Under the pieces are notes generated by a model, which was not told the DNA's origin, did no database searches, and worked only from the letters and a program-made list of their open reading frames with translations. Shown one piece after another: positions 1 to 7,818 of a stretch of DNA of 63,024 bases (positions within the stretch are counted from its first letter, which is position 1; every line of letters begins with the position of its first letter). The stretch covers positions 1 to 63,024 of IMG/VR virus record IMGVR_UViG_3300045120_000291; one strand, given 5' to 3'. The stretch comes from a virus (taxonomy: Duplodnaviria; Caudoviricetes). The translations under genes and the position numbers were made by a program.

Positions 1-707
1 GTGATTCGTTTTGCGGTTACAGCGCCTTCACTGGCATCTAACAATTCGCCAATTTTATCAGCAATGGCGCAATACCTGTTTTCATCGTTCTTTATGCACG
101 AATCGAGTTCGCGAAGCAGTCTTACCGCCTCCACGCCCTCGTCGCGGGGGTTGGCAGCAAGGGCAGCACGTTCCAGTCGTTCAGCCCGCTCCCGTTCGGC
201 GTTGGTTATTTCAATCTGGCTGGCAAGTGCCACGCCCAACGCGTGAATGGCGTCTGCGGCCTCCATGTCGAGCTTGCTACGATAGAACTGAGTTCCATTG
301 GCATACATGCCACGCGGTTCATCAAACATGGCATCACGCTTGTCGCCTTGAACATAACCTTCGCTATCTACGCTAAAGGTGCGCTCGCGTAGGCGCTTCT
401 CGACGGAATCGAATCCGCCAGCAGGCAGTAACGGCAGCGGTGGGTTGGTCATTTTGGCTTTCTCCCGTTCGGCATACGGTGCGCTTCTGCGACCGTCAAC
501 CGCTTTTAATTTCACCCAACGAAGCGTATCGCCTCCGGGGCCGAGGTCGGAAATGTTTAAAACGGTCTGCCAGTAATTGTGATACCAGCAATAGACCTGT
601 TTCCCAATTAGGCTTTCCATGCGGCTCCGGCCATTTTCGTTAGCGGCCTCCCAAGTGCTGCCGTCGAATTGAACGGTGCCATCGTTGCGAACAGTTCGCT
701 TAGCCAT
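1..707 (-). CDS. Hypothetical early protein, runs off the left edge (3'-partial)
   Basis: Manual translation from ATG at 707 (MAKRTVRNDGTVQFDG...) is open to position 1, with a GGAGAGGGGA SD-like sequence upstream. It is absent from the ORF track because there is no stop in the window. Confidence 0.55.
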   Translation of the reverse strand, partial: MAKRTVRNDGTVQFDGSTWEAANENGRSRMESLIGKQVYCWYHNYWQTVLNISDLGPGGDTLRWVKLKAVDGRRSAPYAEREKAKMTNPPLPLLPAGGFDSVEKRLRERTFSVDSEGYVQGDKRDAMFDEPRGMYANGTQFYRSKLDMEAADAIHALGVALASQIEITNAERERAERLERAALAANPRDEGVEAVRLLRELDSCIKNDENRYCAIADKIGELLDASEGAVTAKRI

Positions 708-815
708 TCCCCTCTCCCTGCCCGGCTAGGTGGGCGTTACGGCACCATGAGCAACGGCATCGGCTGATAGGCTCGCTGCAATCGTTGCAATGGGGTTCCA
801 AGCTGAAAATTTTCA

Positions 816-1151
816 TTACGTTTCCTCCGGTAGCGCGTTATTGCCATCGCTTGAGGGGTGGTCAGGAATCCAATGGCGATTCACGTCAGCAACAGCATTA
901 AGTACCGCCAGCAGAATGCTGTCTGGTGTAGCGGTCGCTTCGCATGTGCGGTAACGCTCGGCCAAATTCTTTTCAAACTCCGCCCATTTGTCGTTCATCC
1001 CTGCACCTCTGATTGCGAGGGAGAGGGAATGCCAAATTTGATCAAATAGTTCAGCCTGTTTTGGTGTTAGGCACTGGCCGATGGTGAACGATCCGCGTAA
1101 TTCGCGCAGCGCTTCCATCGCTTGGGTCAGGGTGGGGTTAGGGGTGGTCAT
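816..1151 (-). CDS. Hypothetical protein
   Basis: ORF in the leftward small-gene array; start chosen at MTTPNPTL. Confidence 0.45.
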   Translation of the reverse strand: MTTPNPTLTQAMEALRELRGSFTIGQCLTPKQAELFDQIWHSLSLAIRGAGMNDKWAEFEKNLAERYRTCEATATPDSILLAVLNAVADVNRHWIPDHPSSDGNNALPEET

Positions 1152-1273
1152 GTCGGGTCTCGATATGCAAGTGCGCAGGCGAACGCCAACGCAGGTAGAA
1201 AGATTAGTCCTACCGTGAAAAACAGTCCCAGAAGAACAGGAAGATGACCACATTGCGCAGACGTTGGATCATA

Positions 1274-1573
1274 TCAATGCCTGATCCTTTCGCCGCTGGC
1301 GGTCTTGGATTGCTTGGTCTGTGCGCGCATCGCGTGGAGCCATTGTTGCGTGGACTCGAGTTGAGCTTTCGCAACCTTGTAGGCGTCCGTTGCTTCGTCG
1401 AGCTCCGCGTTGCAGCGCTGACGTTCGTGTAGGTTGACGCGCGTCGGGTTCTTGTTCGATTTGAAGGCTGCATTGTAGAATGCGACGTTCGCGAGGTGCC
1501 TCTGATGATCTGCTACCTCGAGACGCTCGATTTGCGTCTTTTCACGTGCCCGTTGGGACTGCATTGTTTTCAT
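1274..1573 (-). CDS. Hypothetical coiled-coil protein
   Basis: GAGGAG SD upstream of MKTMQSQ; helical, charged sequence. Confidence 0.5.
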   Translation of the reverse strand: MKTMQSQRAREKTQIERLEVADHQRHLANVAFYNAAFKSNKNPTRVNLHERQRCNAELDEATDAYKVAKAQLESTQQWLHAMRAQTKQSKTASGERIRH

Positions 1574-1907
1574 CTGCATTCTCCTCAGAAGGGTGAAGCG
1601 TTTCGAAGTAAGTGTCGTCGAAGTCAGCTGAATTGCCGCAGTTCGGACACAACCATGGGCGATTCGCATTTTGCATCTGCTGATCGTATTGCTCCTTTGT
1701 CAGCAACACTTGACCGCAGTCACCATGACACATCACTGCTGCGTAAGGCGTAAATTCCGGACGCGCAGGCGTTACTGCTTGGATGATTAATGTCCCATCG
1801 TGCGCCGCTTGAAGGATTTTGCAAAGTTGACCGCGCAAATGCGTAGCGCGGTAACAGGACTTCACACTCTGCATGACTCGATACAGCTCATTTCGCGTCA
1901 TTATCAT
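1542..1907 (-). CDS. Hypothetical Zn-ribbon protein
   Basis: CHGDC and CPNC motifs; overlaps neighbouring genes. Confidence 0.55.
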   Translation of the reverse strand: MIMTRNELYRVMQSVKSCYRATHLRGQLCKILQAAHDGTLIIQAVTPARPEFTPYAAVMCHGDCGQVLLTKEQYDQQMQNANRPWLCPNCGNSADFDDTYFETLHPSEENADENNAVPTGT

Positions 1908-2106
1908 TGGATACCTCCGGAGTGCGTGAAGCTTCGTACAGTTCAAGGAATATCTTGAGTTCGCCGAGGGTAATAGCTACCATCGAGCCCAAATCCTTAT
2001 CGAGTTTCTTGCCCTGTTTCATGAGTGATTCCAAACCAGCAGGCGTCAGCCCGTTGTTGGCGACCATGAATTTCAAGAGGGTGAGGCGTCCTTGTGCGAT
2101 AACCAT
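1888..2106 (-). CDS. Hypothetical protein
   Basis: Tightly packed ORF with GGAG SD. Confidence 0.55.
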   Translation of the reverse strand: MVIAQGRLTLLKFMVANNGLTPAGLESLMKQGKKLDKDLGSMVAITLGELKIFLELYEASRTPEVSNDNDAK

Positions 2107-2109
2107 GAA

Positions 2110-2403
2110 TTACTCCAAACCTGCTTTGCAGACGCCGACGCAATCACAATTCCGATTGCACACCTTGGGTTCGTCTGCCCTCACTGTGGTCACTGATTGG
2201 CCTGCTGCCAGCGCGTTATAGGACTGCTCCGCAAACACGCGGCGCTGTTGTGGATTGTGAAGATTGAACGAGTAAGTATACATCTCGCCCACGTTGTTAC
2301 CCATCCTATCAAGCTGCTCAATATAGACGCAGATGATTAGAGGTTTGTCGCTATGAGACAACGCAGGCAAGACGCGAGGTTTCGTCTGTGTCATTGCGTT
2401 CAT
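2110..2403 (-). CDS. Hypothetical protein
   Basis: ATGA overlap with the upstream gene; Cys-rich C-terminus. Confidence 0.55.
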   Translation of the reverse strand: MNAMTQTKPRVLPALSHSDKPLIICVYIEQLDRMGNNVGEMYTYSFNLHNPQQRRVFAEQSYNALAAGQSVTTVRADEPKVCNRNCDCVGVCKAGLE

Positions 2404-2624
2404 CGAGGTTCCAATGCTTCAGCGAAGTTATTGAGCGCATTGCAGATAAGATTTGCGTCTTCTTCGTCGAAGCATTCGCAGACGGCCTGAAATTGCAGTT
2501 CGCCCAACTCCTGATCGAAATACTGCTCGTTTCCAATCATAGTCGGCATCGTAGTATCGACAACAGTTGCAGCGAAGCAACAGTGCCTTGATTGTGAAAT
2601 CGGAGTAACTTTGAACCTGCTCAT
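2400..2624 (-). CDS. Hypothetical acidic protein
   Basis: ATGA overlaps at both ends. Confidence 0.6.
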   Translation of the reverse strand: MSRFKVTPISQSRHCCFAATVVDTTMPTMIGNEQYFDQELGELQFQAVCECFDEEDANLICNALNNFAEALEPR

Positions 2625-2806
2625 TTGACAGGCTTCTTGTCTTTCTTGTCCGCAGGAATTCCGTGGAAGGCTGCGTCAAAGTCTTCGGATTTGTATGCGG
2701 GACCGAGGATAAGACTAACCGGACCCGGCTGAATGTCATGACGCTTGGTGCCTGTGTGGGCACCGCGTTGGATCGTTTCGCTGATGTTCTTTGTGGACTC
2801 TGACAT
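2621..2806 (-). CDS. Hypothetical protein
   Basis: AAGGAG SD; coupled to the downstream gene. Confidence 0.6.
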   Translation of the reverse strand: MSESTKNISETIQRGAHTGTKRHDIQPGPVSLILGPAYKSEDFDAAFHGIPADKKDKKPVK

Positions 2807-3070
2807 GATACAACTCCTTGCTGTGTGATTGGAGGAAGGAAGCCCGGATCCGATGGATTGCTAAACCTGCTTCGATGATCAGTCTAGGCAGCGTGAGCTT
2901 TCAGATGGGTTCCGGGCTATCCTTGTTTCTAGTCTGAAGGGTGAGAGCACCCTTATTCGGTCTAGTTTGACGCAGTCAATCCGTTTGTGGTCTATCGCAG
3001 GCGATGCGTGTCCTTCCTGCTAACCTGTACCAAGTCATAATGGATTCTCTCGATCCTAGTTGGCGTAGAC

Positions 3071-3535
3071 CTAATTCCAATCCTTTGTATCCTTGTTTCC
3101 GGATTGGGCCTTTCCTGCTACTCGTCGGCCTTTTGAGCCGGAACGCTTTCGCCGGGATCCTCGACCGGTTTCTGGTCGGGAGTGGGCCTCTGTCAGAAGC
3201 GCAATGCGCGCAACGACATCGTCTGGATCCATGTGTTCGTTGACACTACCGAGCGCATCGCAGACGCGCTGCCAATCTTCATAGCAGGCAATCAGCTGCT
3301 CACGCAATTCGGATTCAAGCATTTCCGCAACCATGGCAATGTCGTGTTCGAGGCTGAAGTTTTTACCGTGACCACGCTTGGTCTGGTTGTCGAACTGAGC
3401 TTGTAGCTTTTCTTGGATTTCTGCTGTCTTGAAAGAAGGTGAATTAAGACCTTCTTTGGCGTCTGAGAACACGTTGTCCATTAGACGCTGTAGCTGAGTT
3501 CTGAAATCCTGTTGTGCCTTGTTGAGAGTAGGCAT
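3071..3535 (-). CDS. Hypothetical early protein with basic C-terminal tail
   Basis: AAGGA SD, start MPTLNKAQ; first gene after a sigma70-like promoter. Confidence 0.65.
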   Translation of the reverse strand: MPTLNKAQQDFRTQLQRLMDNVFSDAKEGLNSPSFKTAEIQEKLQAQFDNQTKRGHGKNFSLEHDIAMVAEMLESELREQLIACYEDWQRVCDALGSVNEHMDPDDVVARIALLTEAHSRPETGRGSRRKRSGSKGRRVAGKAQSGNKDTKDWN

Positions 3536-3589
3536 TTGAAAGTCCTTGTGTCTAGTGATGGGATTGTGCGCGTTGCATTGCGTAGGGTA

Positions 3590-3618
3590 AGCATAACGCA
3601 TGTTATATGGCGTTACAA
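3590..3618 (-). promoter_or_regulatory. Sigma70-type early promoter
   Basis: TTGTAA-N17-TATGCT on the minus strand. Confidence 0.65.
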
Positions 3619-3685
3619 GTGGCAAACATGAGAATTTGTAATTTCCGAATTTCGAGTTTGTCGAATTTCGAATTTTGAGGTTTTA

Positions 3686-3726
3686 GCGAAGCATGCTTCA
3701 AGAGGGTGCAGGCGAAGCATGCTTCA
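3686..3726. repeat. Duplicated palindrome GCGAAGCATGCTTCA
   Basis: Identical 15-mers at 3686-3700 and 3712-3726 with a GAAGCATGCTTC palindromic core. Confidence 0.85.
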
Positions 3727-3937
3727 TTTGGAGGTAAGTTATATGAACTGTAGCTGTACGTTGAATGTGTTGGCATGTTGAAGGCTAGGAATTTATAAAA
3801 AGTAAAAACAAAAAAGGAAAATAACCTTTCAACGGCCAACGGGGGGCCCCCTGTGTTTGCGTGTGACATTCGGTTCATACGGCGCCGAAATTCGCTCCAT
3901 TCACTGACTAGACCTGACCGAACTGTTTCGTGGCCTG

Positions 3938-3985
3938 TTATTATGTTATAAATGTTATATATATTTTAATATAAAGTAGTATAGC
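3938..3985. other. AT-rich tract, candidate DNA-unwinding element
   Basis: TTATTATGTTATAAATGTTATATATATTTTAATATAAAG in an otherwise GC-balanced genome. Confidence 0.5.
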
Positions 3986-4173
3986 TAGGTAAACACTCTA
4001 CATACGCCACCGTATGGCGTCATACGTTTGAGGTTAGCAGATTTTACGTTTAGATACTATCCAAATGTTGAAATTATTTTTCTATTTTCAACGTCGCCAA
4101 CAAATCGAATAATCGCCAGCAACAATCAATTCATGAGCATCAGCTGGTCGCTTGTGGTCATCGTTGAAAATTT

Positions 4174-4227
4174 GGTATGGTTCGAGTCGAAACTCGGTAT
4201 GGTTCGACCGATGCGCTGGTATGGTTC
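4174..4227 (+). repeat. Three iteron-like direct repeats GGTATGGTTC
   Basis: Copies start at 4174, 4196 and 4218, an exact 22-bp period. Confidence 0.85.
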
Positions 4228-4279
4228 AAGTGACACTGAGTCAGCAAAACTGACATCAATCACTATCGCTCCTGATTTA

Positions 4280-4383
4280 TGAACAAATTCAGGAATGTGA
4301 ACGAATTCATATAGCTGAACGGATAATGTGACCGTTCATGATGCTGAACACCTGTTCATAAGTCTGAACAAGTTCAGGAATGT
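4280..4383. repeat. Cluster of TGAA-N4-TTCA / TGAAC-N4-GTTCA palindromes
   Basis: Sites at 4280-4291, 4298-4309, 4345-4358 and 4365-4376; TGAACAARTTCAGGAATGT occurs twice. Confidence 0.75.
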
Positions 4384-4468
4384 CAAGAGCCTGTGGATAA
4401 GTCAGCAGATAGCCACAGGGTTATCCACAGACGCTTCCGCCTGTGGATAAGTTGAAGTCAGTCGCCAG

Positions 4469-4570
4469 CTACGGGCTGGTGGCGCATATCAACAGCGCCG
4501 CGCCTAAGATGGCCGCGATGGAACAGCAGGCTAGCGCGTACCAGCCTTCTTTGAAGCGATCCGAGAGCAT
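4469..4570 (-). CDS. 33-aa single-TM micro-protein
   Basis: MLSDRFKEGWYALACCSIAAILGAALLICATSP with GAGGTG SD; below the ORF-track cutoff. Confidence 0.55.
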   Translation of the reverse strand: MLSDRFKEGWYALACCSIAAILGAALLICATSP

Positions 4571-4579
4571 GTGGTCACC

Positions 4580-4660
4580 TCAGAGCGACTTCAGCGCGTG
4601 GAAGAAACGAGCCTGCGCGATGCGACGACGCAGATTGCGGGATTTGTTCTTGATGCTCAT
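4580..4660 (-). CDS. 26-aa basic micro-protein
   Basis: MSIKNKSRNLRRRIAQARFFHALKSL with AAGGAG SD and its own promoter. Confidence 0.6.
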   Translation of the reverse strand: MSIKNKSRNLRRRIAQARFFHALKSL

Positions 4661-4690
4661 TGCGTTCTCCTTTTGCGTTATTGCAAGTAC

Positions 4691-4719
4691 AGCGTAGCAA
4701 AAACAGGCGCGTCATGCAA
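4691..4719 (-). promoter_or_regulatory. Sigma70-type promoter for the micro-ORFs
   Basis: TTGCAT-N17-TACGCT. Confidence 0.55.
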
Positions 4720-4970
4720 CGACTGTTTAATGAATTTGCCACGTTCGGCAGATTTAACGAACTGTGAATAAGTCTGTGGATAAGTAGGTCGAAAATTCAG
4801 ATCGAGCGCGATCTGTGCTAGGGTGGCGGTGAATCGATCTCGGCCTGTGGCGGCATTGGTGCGGTCGGCCAAATACACATGCACCCGGCGCGCAATTAGC
4901 ACAGAACAGGCATGAGCGCAAGGGCCAGTTTGTTAAACTGCCGGCACTCGGCAGATTTGCGAATTGGTAC

Positions 4971-4998
4971 TTGCACATAACAGGCGTTATGCTATGCT
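4971..4998 (+). promoter_or_regulatory. Sigma70-type early promoter with extended -10
   Basis: TTGCAC-N16-TATGCT with a TGn extension. Confidence 0.6.
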
Positions 4999-5052
4999 GT
5001 ACTTACTGGGGCGGTAAGCGCCTCAGCCAACCCAAACCTGAGGAGATACACC

Positions 5053-5442
5053 ATGTCGCGCAAGAACCGTCAAACCGAATCGCAGAAATCCGAGAACACC
5101 GCCCCGGCCGCGGACGCTGCCTCGCAGCAGACCGAAACCCAGAACACCGTCGTCGCGGAAGTTGCGCCGGCCCCGAAGCCTGCCCGCCTGGAGGCGAACG
5201 GCGTCAAGCAGCCCAAGGCGGGCGGTTTGTGCCGCGCTGTCTGGGACTACTGCGCGGGCGTCAAGGAAGCCACTGGCGTCCTGCCCACCGTGAAGGAAGT
5301 CAAGGCCCACGCGCAGGCGGTCGGCTGGAACCTGAACAACGCGTCCATCGAATACTACGCGTATCGCAAGTTCGCGGGCATCCGCGGACGCGTCCAGGCC
5401 CCGCCTGCTGCCCCCGCGACGGACGCCGCGACCTCCGTCTAG
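5053..5442 (+). CDS. Putative DNA-binding protein, paralog of 46785-47282
   Basis: GAGGAG SD, strongly biased codons, NGVKQPK...LC..VW...E...YRKFAGI.GR domain. Confidence 0.75.
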   Translation: MSRKNRQTESQKSENTAPAADAASQQTETQNTVVAEVAPAPKPARLEANGVKQPKAGGLCRAVWDYCAGVKEATGVLPTVKEVKAHAQAVGWNLNNASIEYYAYRKFAGIRGRVQAPPAAPATDAATSV

Positions 5443-5464
5443 TCCGCCCACAAGCTGACACAGG

Positions 5465-5490
5465 AAGCGCCCTTCTGGGCGCTTTTTGTT
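5465..5490 (+). terminator. Rho-independent terminator
   Basis: AAGCGCCC-TTCT-GGGCGCTT followed by TTTGTT. Confidence 0.85.
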
Positions 5491-5854
5491 GACTATGATT
5501 TAACATCTGCTCCATACGCTAGGGCATTGTCCGGACCATGCCTAGATGCCCCTGTGTGGACGCATGGGGCAGACATCTACTTGTCTATGGTAATGGTATA
5601 GATTGTAATCGTTGTCATTGCATGCGCTGACACAGTGACGACAGGACACGATCCGGGCCCGGCCCTGATGAAGATAAATCGTCCGGAGGCGAGCGCCTCC
5701 CCGCCCCAGCTCCGATTCTCTATTCTAACTCGACCCCTCTACTTCTCATGTGAACTATCTACATCCACTACTCGAGAGACCCATCCAAACTTCGATATAA
5801 CGCCTGTTACAAATAATCCTTGCAATCCCAAACCTTCTCGCTTACACTAAACGC

Positions 5855-6529
5855 ATGCAAAGAACTGAACGCCAACATACTTGCAGACACGGAACCTTCA
5901 AATATGGTCCGTGTGCGGACTGTTCACAAGAGGTTCTCGATAGGTATGAGATACACCAACTATCCCATCCCTCCCAGAACCCTGACCAATCTGCGCTTTT
6001 TCAGGCGCATTTCGCGGGCGGCGACTTTTCCGCCGAGCAACTCGAACACGCTTGGTTCCACTCGCAAGTTGAACCTGTGGTCACAGGTAAGCCACTCTGG
6101 TTCTTCACCAATTACCAGGCTGAGAACGATCCTGGAATCATAATTGGAGGCTATATCTGCGCGCGGAATGCAATCGAGGCGAATCAGGCGGCTGAATTAC
6201 GTGGGCTTGGTGAGCTAGTTGCTGCGAGTGCGGGAACGCGGGCACCTTATAAGACCGTGAGTCAGTTAATGCGCCAGCGGAACCGAAATGATGTCGAGAT
6301 TCTGCATGGCTGCATGTACCTCGGGTGGCTAGCCGAGAAGGCTAAGGTGACCACACTGAGCAAACTCATGACAGACGACGGACTTTTGCACGAAGTTTCG
6401 CATGCTATCAGCTTCCAACACGACGAAGACTACCTGCCTGACCATTCCTGGAAGGAATTAACGATGAAAGTCGAGGAATTGGAACAGAAAATTCCTGGCT
6501 ATTGCCCGAAATTTGAGGCGCAACCATGA
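5855..6529 (+). CDS. Hypothetical protein
   Basis: 224-aa ORF with N-terminal CxH/CxxC; ATGA overlap with the next gene. Confidence 0.65.
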   Translation: MQRTERQHTCRHGTFKYGPCADCSQEVLDRYEIHQLSHPSQNPDQSALFQAHFAGGDFSAEQLEHAWFHSQVEPVVTGKPLWFFTNYQAENDPGIIIGGYICARNAIEANQAAELRGLGELVAASAGTRAPYKTVSQLMRQRNRNDVEILHGCMYLGWLAEKAKVTTLSKLMTDDGLLHEVSHAISFQHDEDYLPDHSWKELTMKVEELEQKIPGYCPKFEAQP

Positions 6530-6939
6530 AAGTCGGCTTTACAGGCTCGCACTCAGGCATGAGCCTTGCGCAGCAGAAGTCTCTAGCTGACCTTTTTCGC
6601 GGAATTGAATTCAGTGAATTCCATCATGGTGACTGTATTGGTGCTGATGTTATAGCGCACCGGATCTGCCTCGAGAATTCCAACAGACCAATAGTGATTC
6701 ACCCGCCTGTGAAAGACACAAAACGCGCATTCTGTACGGGCGCCAACGTAACTATCCTTCCAACCGAGCCTTACCTGATCCGAAATCAGAAGATTGTGCT
6801 GGCTTGCGATCTGTTGATTGCTACGCCGCGCACGGGGATCGAGTCTTTGCGCTCTGGAACATGGTCCACAGTCCGTTTCGCTCGAAAACGCGGCAAGCAA
6901 TACATAATCATCTTGCCTGATGGAGTGAAGCGTGGATAA
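6526..6939 (+). CDS. SLOG-superfamily (YspA/DprA-like) nucleotide-binding protein
   Basis: VGFTGS, HHGDCIGAD, RNQKIV...D and SGTWSTVRFA motifs. Confidence 0.75.
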   Translation: MKVGFTGSHSGMSLAQQKSLADLFRGIEFSEFHHGDCIGADVIAHRICLENSNRPIVIHPPVKDTKRAFCTGANVTILPTEPYLIRNQKIVLACDLLIATPRTGIESLRSGTWSTVRFARKRGKQYIIILPDGVKRG

Positions 6940-7240
6940 GCACGTCTGCACAGTCTGCTTCAGAGACAGCGATTGTCATGCTGAGAAGTGTGATTGTGGT
7001 ATATCGCACTTTCCGGCTTTGTGTTGCCCTGGATGTGATTGTTGCTCGTTCGAGCAGGCTCACGTTCCGAAAGAACATCGTTTCAATGCGGGCTCCCCGT
7101 ACGAAGACGCATATTGTATGGACTGCGGAGCATCCTTTCCAAAGGAGAAGCTTTGTGTTCCTCGTGATTGGCCAGGCAAAAACCTTCCGTCAGAAGGTTA
7201 CGTCTACGTTCCATGGTTGAAACAAGTTCAATCTACATAA
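6932..7240 (+). CDS. Cys-rich putative metal-binding protein
   Basis: Multiple CxxC/CxC motifs; overlaps the upstream stop. Confidence 0.5.
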   Translation: MDKHVCTVCFRDSDCHAEKCDCGISHFPALCCPGCDCCSFEQAHVPKEHRFNAGSPYEDAYCMDCGASFPKEKLCVPRDWPGKNLPSEGYVYVPWLKQVQST

Positions 7241-7394
7241 CGGTGAATGAAATGAGCAAAGCCTCCCGAATCACCTGGAATCTTCGCAATCTGAAGAACA
7301 AGCGAAATTGTCTGTCGCGTTCTTACAGGTTCACTATCAGTAGACATCTTGTTCGCATGTGGTACAGCTTCGGTTTCAACTCGGAACTCGAACC

Positions 7395-7619
7395 ATGAGC
7401 GTTGCAGACGCGGTCATCGAAGGAATGCACATCTTCGCGAAGACGTATGGTCGCGATGCGAACGTGATCTATCTCGGTTACGACGAATACAACAAACTCC
7501 GGCACGAAAAGGACCAGCAGAAACCTCACATTGACCACACCAGAAACGGTGAGTATTGTGCAGGTCTGAAGGTCTACCGCGTCGACTTCGACTTCCATTT
7601 CCACGTGACAAGGCTTTGA
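7395..7619 (+). CDS. Hypothetical protein
   Basis: ORF in a co-oriented array (start MSVADAV). Confidence 0.5.
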   Translation: MSVADAVIEGMHIFAKTYGRDANVIYLGYDEYNKLRHEKDQQKPHIDHTRNGEYCAGLKVYRVDFDFHFHVTRL

Positions 7620-7620
7620 A

Positions 7621-7818
7621 ATGATCTTCACCGTCGGACTTCTGTCGCTCGTTGCTGCGGTCATTGTGTTCTTCTTCATCTCCTGGTGTCTGGGCAACAC
7701 GAAACTGACACAGTCAGACATGCTTCCGTTCGGTTATCTCATGATGATCCTGATTATCACCGGACTGATTGAGATATTCATCAGCTTCCTATTACTCGGT
7801 TGGAGATACATGCCATGA
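7621..7818 (+). CDS. Small two-TM membrane protein
   Basis: Two hydrophobic segments; ATGA overlap with the next gene. Confidence 0.6.
   Translation: MIFTVGLLSLVAAVIVFFFISWCLGNTKLTQSDMLPFGYLMMILIITGLIEIFISFLLLGWRYMP

Larger units (their letters stand above)
4392..4783. promoter_or_regulatory. DnaA-box cluster
   Basis: TGTGGATAA at 4392, 4442 and 4775; TTATCCACA at 4421; TGTGAATAA at 4763. All fit TTATNCACA. Confidence 0.8.

Noticed and set aside
2860-2905. Hammerhead-like CTGA...GAA elements
   Set aside because: The core reads CUGAUCA rather than CUGANGA, and the required stems are not evident.
4345-4358. GAAC-N4-GTTC as a Gram-positive LexA box
   Set aside because: Single instance within a family of related palindromes; the spanins indicate a diderm host.
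4174-4383. Short repeats as a mini-CRISPR array
   Set aside because: Repeats (10-19 bp) and gaps (~12 bp) are far too short for repeat-spacer units.
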